DNA of 64,000 nucleotides, from NCBI GenBank assembly GCA_965226185.1, contig CBDDCT010000001.1:149511-213510 (forward strand), written 5' to 3'. Below the pieces are notes generated by a model. It had not been told where the DNA came from. It searched no databases and saw only the letters and a program-made list of their open reading frames with translations. The DNA comes from Bryobacterales bacterium (lineage in GTDB: Bacteria; Acidobacteriota; Terriglobia; Bryobacterales; UBA6623). The position numbers and the translations under genes were made by a program. Of the stretch, positions 45,891 through 54,058 are shown piece after piece; the first letter of the stretch is position 1, and the number at the start of each line of letters is the position of its first letter.

Positions 45891-47291
45891 TTAATCGAGT
45901 TCGTCTTTGAGTTGCCGGTCAAGCTTTTCGGTGACGGCGGGAAGCCTCTGAGGATTGCTCAGCAAAGCACGGACAGCAAGCTGGTCCCGCCGGAGTATTT
46001 CAATCGCCGCAAGTCCGAGTTTGTACGCAACCGACGCTTGCAAGGAATTCAGGCCGCTCCAGCCGCCCGACAGCCGCGCCAGGGTCGGCAGAGTACTCTG
46101 TTTGCTCAAACGCCGCAGATTGGCCCAATCGTCCCGGCTGAGCTCTCGGCCCGAAAAGCTTTGAGCCAGGCCTTCGTGGAGCCAGGCCGGCCAGGGGCCG
46201 AGGCGGGCCAGACAGGCGTGGACAAACTCGTGTGAAAGCCTCTTGCGGACGCGTTCATCGACTTGACCGCTCGGCGGCAGCGCGACACGGATCTTGCCGT
46301 CGAACTGGCCGCCGCTCCATTCCGCGGCTCCGGTCGTGCTGCGGTAGTTGTCGAGGCTTTGGATAATCACAACGAAACGCTCGCTCGACTGGCAGCCGAG
46401 CTGGTAGGAGATGCGATTGACTTCTCGCTCCAGAGCGGCGCTGAAGCGCCGGGCGGCGGCCGGTTTGAGCGTTTCGCCTTCGTACCGCAGGATAAAACGA
46501 GTTCCGTAGGTGACGTCGTCACTCTTGTCCCCCGCCAGCTCCATTTCGATCTTGCGATAAAACCGTTCCAGTCCCGGGTTCGGCTGGATCTCGATCGAGC
46601 GTTTCAAATAACGGCCGGCCCCCTCAACTTGGTCGCGCCGGTAGAGGCTGACACCCGCCAAAGCCAGCAGGCCGGCGTTGTCGGGATGCGTTTTGAGAGC
46701 CGCTTCCGCCACTTTTAACGCCTTGTCGGGCCTGGAAAGTTGAAGCAGCGCCTGCCCGCGGAACAGAGCCACTTGCACATGGCCGGGTGGCGCGCCGGCG
46801 GACAAGAGCACTTTTTCGGCTGCGGCCGGGTCGCGTTTCTTGAGCAGACCGGCGGCTTCCCGGATCTTTGCTTGAATGCCGGGCGAGTCGGATGTGTCCG
46901 GTGTCCCGCCTAGTTCGAGGCTGGGCGGCATCCCGAGCACCTCGATCTCGCCGCTCACAACGCTGCCGGAAGCCGCTTCACGGCGGGATTGCTCGAAAGC
47001 TTCGATCCCTTCCAGGGCGTCCTTGGAAACATAGCCCCGAACGGAGCGCCCATCCACTTCGGCGGAGACTGAATAACAGGGGCTGTCGGAGCGGGCAATC
47101 GCGAATCTCAATCGAACTTTGTGGCCCTGCGGGAGCTGAGCGACACGGCTTGCTCCCTCCGAACAGTTGGCCAATAGGTTAACTTGATCTTTTTTGACAA
47201 CGAGTTCTTTGGCTTTGAGGGAAGCAGGTGGGAATAGGCCTGCCGAGCAGACCCCAAGGAACACAACTGCCGGGGCTTTCGGAAACCTCAT
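45891..47291 (-). CDS. secreted protein: SH3-like N-terminus, TPR region, and a C-terminal HExxH putative metallopeptidase module
   Basis: 466 aa; signal peptide; TPR-like helices; SHEFVHACL...LHEGLAQ. Confidence 0.65.
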   Translation of the reverse strand: MRFPKAPAVVFLGVCSAGLFPPASLKAKELVVKKDQVNLLANCSEGASRVAQLPQGHKVRLRFAIARSDSPCYSVSAEVDGRSVRGYVSKDALEGIEAFEQSRREAASGSVVSGEIEVLGMPPSLELGGTPDTSDSPGIQAKIREAAGLLKKRDPAAAEKVLLSAGAPPGHVQVALFRGQALLQLSRPDKALKVAEAALKTHPDNAGLLALAGVSLYRRDQVEGAGRYLKRSIEIQPNPGLERFYRKIEMELAGDKSDDVTYGTRFILRYEGETLKPAAARRFSAALEREVNRISYQLGCQSSERFVVIIQSLDNYRSTTGAAEWSGGQFDGKIRVALPPSGQVDERVRKRLSHEFVHACLARLGPWPAWLHEGLAQSFSGRELSRDDWANLRRLSKQSTLPTLARLSGGWSGLNSLQASVAYKLGLAAIEILRRDQLAVRALLSNPQRLPAVTEKLDRQLKDELD

Positions 47292-47497
47292 CCTTCAGTC
47301 ATTGTAGCGGTGAAGGCGCCTATCGCCCGGTAAGGAAAATCGCTGATTTACGGCCGTAACATGGGCTAGCGGAACCTTGTCTCGGGTGGTATCCGTCGCC
47401 ACCGTTACCGACTCTGGCAGAAAATTTCAGCCGGCCGGACCTTGTGCGCCGCCAGAGGCGTGGACGGCAGTCCACGCTCAGCGGCTTTAGCCGCTCC

Positions 47498-47545
47498 GAC
47501 GTAGGGCGGGCCAGCGTAGGGAGGACCGACGCAGGGCAGGCCGAA
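47498..47545 (+). repeat. three tandem units of about 15 bp (GACGTAGGGCGGGCCA / GCGTAGGGAGGACCGA / CGCAGGGCAGGCCGA)
   Basis: Read directly; preceded by hairpins GTGGAC-GGCA-GTCCAC (47460-47475) and AGCGGC-TTTA-GCCGCT (47480-47495). Confidence 0.6.
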
Positions 47546-47620
47546 GTCCGCGCTTTTCATCGCGGTCGAGTCTCCATCCCGTCCAACCTGCGGACCCTCT
47601 TTGGTCGCGGCTCGTCCCTG

Positions 47621-48397
47621 TCAAGAAATCGTCACGCCGCCATCGACGACGATCGTCTGGCCGGTGATGTAGCTGGACGCGGCTGTAGCCAGAAACAGCA
47701 CGACTCCTTTGAGTTCGCCGGGTCTGCCGATGCGGCGCATGGGCACTTTGGCTTCATAACGCTCTTGATACTGGGCCAGCAGTTTTTCCGTCATTCGGGA
47801 CGGAAAAAAACCAGGCGCCACGGCATTGACGCGAATGCCGTGTTGTCCCCATTGGCTGGCCAGCTCGCGCGTCATCCCCATGACACCGGCCTTGCTGGCC
47901 GCGTAGCCGACGATGCCCGCCTCGGGAATCGAGCCTCCCTTCAGGCCCGCAATCGAAGCAATCGTGATAATCGTTCCCGATTCGCGGCTGAGCATGTGGC
48001 GTCCGGCCGCCTGCGAGAAAAGCCAAGCCCCCGTGAGATTGACATCGATGACGGAACGCCACCTCTCGATCGGCATTGCCTCGGCACGGGCGCCCCAGGT
48101 AATGCCGGCGTTGTTCACCAGCACGTCAATCGCTCCGAACGACTCGATGCATTTGTCGATCGCTCCCTGAACCTGCTCCGGGTCAGTAACATCGCAAAGT
48201 GCGCCCTCGCAGCGAAAGCCGCGTTTTTGGAATTCCTCGATCGTCGGAGAGAGCCATTGATCGCGCCTTGCCAGCAGGAATATCGAAGCTCCCGCCTCCG
48301 CCAAACCCTCGGCAATTTCCGCTCCCAAACCGCGAGAGCCCCCGGTCACAAGGGCGGTTTTGCCGCTGAGGTCGAATAAGGATTTCACGTCCGTCAT
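47621..48397 (-). CDS. short-chain dehydrogenase/reductase (gluconate-5-dehydrogenase/FabG-like)
   Basis: 258 aa; [19 protein letters not shown] motifs. Confidence 0.9.
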   Translation of the reverse strand: MTDVKSLFDLSGKTALVTGGSRGLGAEIAEGLAEAGASIFLLARRDQWLSPTIEEFQKRGFRCEGALCDVTDPEQVQGAIDKCIESFGAIDVLVNNAGITWGARAEAMPIERWRSVIDVNLTGAWLFSQAAGRHMLSRESGTIITIASIAGLKGGSIPEAGIVGYAASKAGVMGMTRELASQWGQHGIRVNAVAPGFFPSRMTEKLLAQYQERYEAKVPMRRIGRPGELKGVVLFLATAASSYITGQTIVVDGGVTIS

Positions 48398-48568
48398 GGC
48401 AGGTTAGTCTAGCAGTTCGCGGGGGCGCGACTACGGCAGGGAAGGGAATCAAGCAGGCCAATAGCGACTCAGCAAGGTCTTGTCAGAACGGGCTTGTGCA
48501 AAGGGAACCTCGCGTGTCGCAATCCTGCTGAATTTTGCAAATGCACCGCACCATCCGCGTCCGCGCTT

Positions 48569-50251
48569 CTATTTGGGCGGTACCGACATCAGATATTCGA
48601 CAATCGCTTCCATCTCAGCCGGAAAGAAATCGTAGGCAGGCATCAGGCTGTCGGGTGAAAACGCTTGCGGGTTGCGAAAGTGCCCCGCCAGCCACTCCTT
48701 CGTCCTTCGTTGCCCCACGCCGTTGAGCGGAGGTCCGGCCTTGCCACCGAGTCCGTTGATTATGTGACAGTTGCCGCACATGTTCATCTGGTAGACCATG
48801 GCTCCTTGCATGGCGAAATCAGGAGCACTATCCAATGCCAGAGCATTTTCTGGAGTGACCTTCAGCAAGAAGGCGGAGAGGCAATTCAACAACGCCGGAG
48901 AGAGCTGAACCGCGGGCATCGGGCTGCCCGGAACCACCGCCGATGGATTCCGAAAATGGTCGATCATCCAGTCGGCCGACCTTTTCTGCCCAACCGTGGC
49001 CAGGGTGGGGCCCATCTTGGGTTCACCCTCAACGAGGTTGTGGCAGGTCGCGCATTTTTCGCGCCGGTAGCAGGCAGCCCCGGCTAACTCGACCGGCGTG
49101 AGTTGCGGCCAGCTCTCCGCGGCCGCCAGAGTGGATCTGCTAGCCGGCTGTTCCGGAGCACTGACAATAGCGGCGATCGTGAGCCCCGTCCATCCTGCTG
49201 CCGCCAGCGTCACAATGCCCCAGGTGAAAGTTCGCTGCGCGACTCTTTTCGCACGGCCCCGGTCGATAAAGGGGACCAAGAACAGTGCTCCGATCGCCAG
49301 AGTCGGCAAGATCACGGCGCCGACGACTTCCAGGGATCCCTCGAAGAATTTCAAGGTTTGAAAAAGAAAGAGAAAATACCACTCGGGCCGCGGGATGTAG
49401 CTCGTATCGGTGGGGTCGGCTAGTCTCTCGAGTGGCGCGTCAATCGCTACCGCCATGACGAAAAGAATCGCGAACGCCCCAAAAACGGCCATGGTGTCTT
49501 TGAAAGCTTGCTCGGGGTAGAACTTCTTGCTAGCTCTGCCGGCATCCTCGGGAGCCGGTGCGACGCCGTGGCGAATGACTAGATAAACATGCAGGATGAT
49601 CAGAAACGCTGTCACGGCCGGCAGCAGCAGCACGTGCAGGGCGTAGAAGCGCGAGAACGTGGAAACGCCCACCGTCCCATCCGGGCTGCCAAGAAGCCGC
49701 ATCACGACTTCGCCCGCTCCCGGAGCCAAGGCCGAAATCTGAATCGTGACCACGGTCGACCAGTAAGCACGATTGTCCCCGGGCAACAAATAGCCCGTGA
49801 GCCCGAAACCCAGCACAAGCAGCAACAGCACGACTCCCACCAGCCAAGTGGTTTCACGGGGCTTTTTGTAGGCTCCCCAGAGGGCAACCTGGATCATGTG
49901 CATCACCACGACCACAACCATCATGCTGGCGCCCCAGTGGTGCAATCCGCGGATGATTCGTCCTCCTGTCAATTCGTTGATGATGGCCTGCAGGCTGAAA
50001 TAAGACGCGCCCGGCTGAGGAACGTAATTGAAGGCCAGCAAGATCCCAGTGAATACCTGCAACAGGAAGAGAAATAAGGCAACGCTGCCGAAGACTTGAT
50101 GCCAGCCGCTTGACGCGGGGATATCTTCGTCCAGGAAGTGCTTGACAGCGCTGACCAGTCCGGTGCGGTCGTCGAACCAGTCGACGGCGCCGGTGATCGG
50201 GTTGTTCACGCCTGGGTCTCCCCGGAAGAGGGCTTCCTGTCGCCAAGCCAC
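48569..50251 (-). CDS. cytochrome b fused to a C-terminal di-haem cytochrome c domain
   Basis: 560 aa; cytochrome b N-terminal helices with conserved His (HHWGASMMVV, HVLLLP); C-terminal CATCH and CGNCH haem-c motifs. Confidence 0.85.
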   Translation of the reverse strand: MAWRQEALFRGDPGVNNPITGAVDWFDDRTGLVSAVKHFLDEDIPASSGWHQVFGSVALFLFLLQVFTGILLAFNYVPQPGASYFSLQAIINELTGGRIIRGLHHWGASMMVVVVVMHMIQVALWGAYKKPRETTWLVGVVLLLLVLGFGLTGYLLPGDNRAYWSTVVTIQISALAPGAGEVVMRLLGSPDGTVGVSTFSRFYALHVLLLPAVTAFLIILHVYLVIRHGVAPAPEDAGRASKKFYPEQAFKDTMAVFGAFAILFVMAVAIDAPLERLADPTDTSYIPRPEWYFLFLFQTLKFFEGSLEVVGAVILPTLAIGALFLVPFIDRGRAKRVAQRTFTWGIVTLAAAGWTGLTIAAIVSAPEQPASRSTLAAAESWPQLTPVELAGAACYRREKCATCHNLVEGEPKMGPTLATVGQKRSADWMIDHFRNPSAVVPGSPMPAVQLSPALLNCLSAFLLKVTPENALALDSAPDFAMQGAMVYQMNMCGNCHIINGLGGKAGPPLNGVGQRRTKEWLAGHFRNPQAFSPDSLMPAYDFFPAEMEAIVEYLMSVPPK

Positions 50252-50706
50252 AGGCGCGTGCCTTCCACGCGGGTTTCAAGCCGATCGAGCGGGCGCGGAG
50301 CAGGGCCGCTCAAAACGCGGCCGTCTATCGAGAACGTCGAGGCGTGACAGGGACATAGGAAATTCTTGTTCTTCTTGTCCCATTGATAGCCACACCCCAG
50401 ATGAGTGCATTGGGGCGCAAAGGCGATCACTTCGTTCTCGCTCTTAACGGCCCAGGTAGCAGTTTTTTTGACAGTGGTTTTCCAGCCGTCCGCTTGCTTC
50501 TTGTGGAACAGCAACTCGGTGGGTTCGTTCAAGGGCAACTCTCCAACGTCGCCCGCCTCCGCCCAGGTGCCGTTGGCCTCGCCACGGAAAGGTGAAAACA
50601 AATACGCCACCGCCGGCAACGCCAAGGCTGCCGTCATCAGCGACGTAGCCCCGAAGATCATTCGCTGGTAAAAGCTTCTGCGAGTCGTCCGCCGGTCTCC
50701 TTCCAT
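50206..50706 (-). CDS. Rieske 2Fe-2S subunit of a bc-type complex, Tat signal
   Basis: 166 aa; RRTTRRSF signal; CTHLGC...CPCHAS cluster motifs. Confidence 0.9.
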   Translation of the reverse strand: MEGDRRTTRRSFYQRMIFGATSLMTAALALPAVAYLFSPFRGEANGTWAEAGDVGELPLNEPTELLFHKKQADGWKTTVKKTATWAVKSENEVIAFAPQCTHLGCGYQWDKKNKNFLCPCHASTFSIDGRVLSGPAPRPLDRLETRVEGTRLWLGDRKPSSGETQA

Positions 50707-50910
50707 TTTCGCTACCCTCGCGTCTACCTCTTAAATCGCCGCCAAGCGACGCCGAGTTACGGCTCGGCGCAATAGCCATACACGATGGCAACTTCCCTAG
50801 ATACGACGCCTGCTGCGACGCCTGTTGATGGACACGCATCCCGCGCATTGGGCGGCACGCCGGCCGGCTCATTTCGCCCGGAGGGGAATCCGGTTCCGCG
50901 AGTGTATTCA

Positions 50911-50985
50911 CTAACCGGCATTTCTCAGTGCCCTTTTTCGGCGCGGACACCCTGGGCCGTCAGGTGGTGAGAAATGCGGATTAAG
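50911..50985. mobile_element. 75-bp MITE-like inverted-repeat element related to the IS1380-family termini
   Basis: CTAACCGGCATTTCTCAGTG (50911-50930) versus the reverse complement of 50966-50985 (CTTAATCCGCATTTCTCACC); overlaps the stop codon of the PHP gene. Confidence 0.45.
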
Positions 50986-51907
50986 CTCCAGGCTGGTCTC
51001 GGGCAGCCGCGGCAACCCTTTGACTGAGCCGCCGTAGGTCGCCGAGCAGCGACATCGGGAGATCCAAAGAGCCGAGCGATGCGCTGGACTTCTCCCCGCC
51101 GTGGAAATCGCTGCCGCCGGTGACGCCGAGGTTGAGCAACCCTTTTCCGGGCGCGCGGAGAGCAGCTCCTCGGCTGCCGCCGGTGACGCCGAGGTTGAGT
51201 TTCCGGGCGGCGGAGAGCAGCTCCTCGGTCTGCTGGGGCGAATGGTCCGCGTGGTAGACCTCGATGGCGTTGAGCCCTTTCTCCTTCAGCTCGTGAAACA
51301 ACTCTTCCACCGATCGGGAGTCCTCATTGACGAACCGCGCCGGGTGCGCCCATGAAGAAATGCCTCCCGCTTCTCGAATCCATCCGAGCACGTCGTCGGC
51401 CGATGGGTCGCGGCGCTCCACGTATCCGGGCTGGCTTTCGTCGAGATAGCGGTCAAACGCCTCACGGTAGCTGGCGACGTAGCCTTTGTTGACCAGCACC
51501 TGCGCGAAATGAGGCCGCCCGGTTTGCGCGCGGCCGAGCGCTTCGGCGTCCTCCAGTTTCACGCTCAGCCCAAGCTGACGCAGCCTCTCGGTGAGCCGAT
51601 TGTTGCGCTCCCGGCGGTTCTCTTGAACACTTGCCAAGTGCCCGCGGAAGGTGGTATCCGGCAGGTTTTCAAAAAAGTATCCGAGGATGTGAATGGCCCG
51701 GCCGTGGAGTTTCGTGCTCAACTCCACGCCGCAGATCAACTCCAACTCACGGCCGTTGACGTACTCGGCGGCCACATCGTAACCTTCCAAGCTGTCGTGG
51801 TCGGTAATGGAGAGGGCTTTCAGCCCTTTTTGACAGGCGAGATCTACTAGTTGTTCCGGAGTGAGATTGCCGTCCGACCTGTCAGTGTGACTGTGAAGAT
51901 CCACCAT
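50981..51907 (-). CDS. PHP-domain phosphoesterase (TrpH/YciV family)
   Basis: 308 aa; [24 protein letters not shown] metal-binding motifs; contains an in-frame 63-nt tandem duplication. Confidence 0.85.
   Translation of the reverse strand: MVDLHSHTDRSDGNLTPEQLVDLACQKGLKALSITDHDSLEGYDVAAEYVNGRELELICGVELSTKLHGRAIHILGYFFENLPDTTFRGHLASVQENRRERNNRLTERLRQLGLSVKLEDAEALGRAQTGRPHFAQVLVNKGYVASYREAFDRYLDESQPGYVERRDPSADDVLGWIREAGGISSWAHPARFVNEDSRSVEELFHELKEKGLNAIEVYHADHSPQQTEELLSAARKLNLGVTGGSRGAALRAPGKGLLNLGVTGGSDFHGGEKSSASLGSLDLPMSLLGDLRRLSQRVAAAARDQPGA
51111..51228 (-). repeat. tandem duplication inside the PHP gene (63-nt unit followed by 55-nt unit)
   Basis: CTGCCGCCGGTGACGCCGAGGTTGAG...CGGAGAGCAGCTCCTCGG occurs twice (starts 51111 and 51174); protein shows LNLGVTGGS twice. 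Confidence 0.85.
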
Positions 51908-52439
51908 CGGCCGACAAAAGACCCAACTCCACTAGTTTAGCCCAAATTCTGTCGGCGCTTTCTTGCGGCGTCTCCTTGCTGGAGTCAAATGTGACTTCCG
52001 GGTTGAGCGGCGCTTCGTAGGGATCGGAAACTCCGGTGAAATTCTTGATCTCTCCGGCCAGCGCTTTTTTGTATAGTCCTTTGACGTCTCGCTCGATGAG
52101 CGTTTCCATGGGACAGTGGGCGTAGACTTCCACGAAGTTGTCGATCCGTGAACGCACGTAATCCCTGATCTCCCTGTAGGGGGAGATGGCGGCCGTGATG
52201 GCGATGACTCCGTTGCGGGAAAGCAGCTCGGCGACAAAACCAATACGCTTGATGTTGGTGTCCCGGTCTTCTTTGCTGAAGCCGAGGCCCTTCGATAAAT
52301 TCGTGCGAACGATGTCGCCATCAAGGACTTCGACTTTCGCGCCCAGCTCGCGCAGACGCTTTTCGAGGACTTCAGAGACGGTTGTTTTTCCCGCTCCGGA
52401 AAGACCGGTAAACCAAAGTGTGAGACCCTTATGTGTCAT
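51882..52439 (-). CDS. cysC: adenylylsulfate (APS) kinase
   Basis: 185 aa; P-loop [15 protein letters not shown], typical CysC blocks. Confidence 0.95.
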   Translation of the reverse strand: MTHKGLTLWFTGLSGAGKTTVSEVLEKRLRELGAKVEVLDGDIVRTNLSKGLGFSKEDRDTNIKRIGFVAELLSRNGVIAITAAISPYREIRDYVRSRIDNFVEVYAHCPMETLIERDVKGLYKKALAGEIKNFTGVSDPYEAPLNPEVTFDSSKETPQESADRIWAKLVELGLLSADGGSSQSH

Positions 52440-52756
52440 TTAAAGCTCTTTCCTTAACTGCTGAGAGATTTGAGAGCTGCTGATGAGTGCGGATTCGGCT
52501 AGGCGCCGGCCGCTGGCAATACTTCCCGCAAGAGCGTAGCGGCTTCACGCTTCACGCCGCCGCCGAATGTGAAGTGAATGCCACCTTCAGCCCGGGCGAA
52601 ACAGGAGGTTTTATCAGCGTCTTGTTTTCGCCACCAGCGGCCGCCACGGAAACTCGTGCGGATTCCCAGACGTTCGGCGAACTCGAGAACGCCCCACTCC
52701 AGTAATTCGATTGCTGCTTTCAGGCGGCAGGGTCGGCCAAGTGTCCGCCGCTTGGC

Positions 52757-53866
52757 TCATTGTCGCTTTTCCGCCTCGACAAGAATCTTGGCGATTTCCG
52801 GCCGTGTAAACTCCGCCGGGGGCATTTTCCCCTCCTTCAGCATTGCCCGGACCGCGGTTCCACTGAGGAATACTTGATCCTCTTTGCCGTGCGGACAGGT
52901 CTTCGGCGAGGTCATCCCGTTGCAGGCTTTGCAGAAATGGACGAAATCGAAAAAGATTGCTTCAATGCCTAGCTCGTCTCGCTGAAACTCGGAGAAAATC
53001 TCCTGCGCGTCAAACGGTCCGTAATAGTTGCCTACTCCGGCATGGTCCCGCCCCACGATGAAGTGTGTGATGCCGTAATTCTTGCGAACCTGCGCGTGGA
53101 AGATAGCCTCTCGCGGACCGGCATAACGCATCCAAGCGGGGAAGCCGGCCAGCAGCGTGTGCTGGGGTGAGTAGTAGTTGTCTAGGAGAGTCCTGTAGCA
53201 GGCGAGCCGAACTTCGGCGGGTGTATCGTCCGCCTTGGTCTCGCCTAGCAAAGGGTGAACGACCAAGCCGTCGGCTGTCTCCAGAGCGATTTTGGTGACA
53301 AACTCGTGTGCGCGATGGATGGGATTCCGCGTCTGGAAGCCGATGACCTTTTTCCAGCCCAGCTCGGCGATCTTGGCCCTCACCTGCCCGGGCGAGAACG
53401 GCAACCCGCCAGGGATGTCGAGCCGCCACTTGGGGAATGTCTCGACGTCACCGGCCAAACTGTAATCCCCCGCTCCGGCGAGCCACTGAACGCCCGGGTG
53501 AGCCGGGTCCTCCGTCCGGAAGATGTGCTTGGAATAGTGGGGCTTATCGATCTTGAAGACCTCTTCAATGTGGAGCGCGCCGGCCGGTTTGTCGCGGTCG
53601 GTGAGGATAACGCGTTCGGCATCCTTCAGGGCGTTCGCTTGCTGTTCGCTAACCGGGAAGATGACCGGGATGCTCCAGGGCTCACCGGTCGTAAGGTGCA
53701 TCTTTTCACATACATGACTGACTTCGTTCGCCGGAAGAAAGCGCTCGACCGGGTGATAGCCACCTTCGGAAAGCAAAAAAAGATCACTTAGTTGCCGAAA
53801 ACTAGCGGCAATCGTGGGTGGATTATCCTGAAGGAGCGTGGACGCGCGCTCGGCCGACACCAGCAT
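52757..53866 (-). CDS. sat: sulfate adenylyltransferase (ATP sulfurylase)
   Basis: 369 aa; QTRNPIHRAHE and GRDHAG motifs. Confidence 0.95.
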   Translation of the reverse strand: MLVSAERASTLLQDNPPTIAASFRQLSDLFLLSEGGYHPVERFLPANEVSHVCEKMHLTTGEPWSIPVIFPVSEQQANALKDAERVILTDRDKPAGALHIEEVFKIDKPHYSKHIFRTEDPAHPGVQWLAGAGDYSLAGDVETFPKWRLDIPGGLPFSPGQVRAKIAELGWKKVIGFQTRNPIHRAHEFVTKIALETADGLVVHPLLGETKADDTPAEVRLACYRTLLDNYYSPQHTLLAGFPAWMRYAGPREAIFHAQVRKNYGITHFIVGRDHAGVGNYYGPFDAQEIFSEFQRDELGIEAIFFDFVHFCKACNGMTSPKTCPHGKEDQVFLSGTAVRAMLKEGKMPPAEFTRPEIAKILVEAEKRQ

Positions 53867-54058
53867 CGATGAAACCTCCTATTGTCTATCGATTTAGTAG
53901 AGATTCTCAGGTTATCAAACGCCGCCCTTTGGGTGCAAGTTGCCCCGCCGGCCGGCCGGTTGCCACGAGCGAACCATCGACGACGGGCCGAGGGGGCTCT
54001 CCGTCGCCCCCTTGACTTTTACCTGTCATGGAGGTCCCTATTGGCTGCTAACCTGCTG

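Noticed and set aside
47444-48379. 311-aa ORF on the plus strand
   Set aside because: Antisense to the SDR gene, which has intact TGxxxGxG, NNAG and YxxxK motifs.
52440-52756. 317-nt sat-cysC spacer containing a 47-codon ORF coupled to the sat stop by ATGA (52757-52760) and an overlapping start-less frame of about 80 codons (...AIELLEWGVLEFAERLGIRTSF...)
   Set aside because: Neither frame has recognisable motifs, and the longer one lacks any ATG/GTG/TTG start. I could not support a gene or a riboswitch by eye; worth an Rfam scan only.
53991-54010. Hairpin GGGGGC-TCTCCGTC-GCCCCC as an intrinsic terminator of the TolC-AMIN gene
   Set aside because: The T-rich tract (TTGACTTTTA) follows the stem on the plus strand, the wrong side for the minus-strand gene. 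It may still pause or stabilise RNA but does not fit a canonical terminator.
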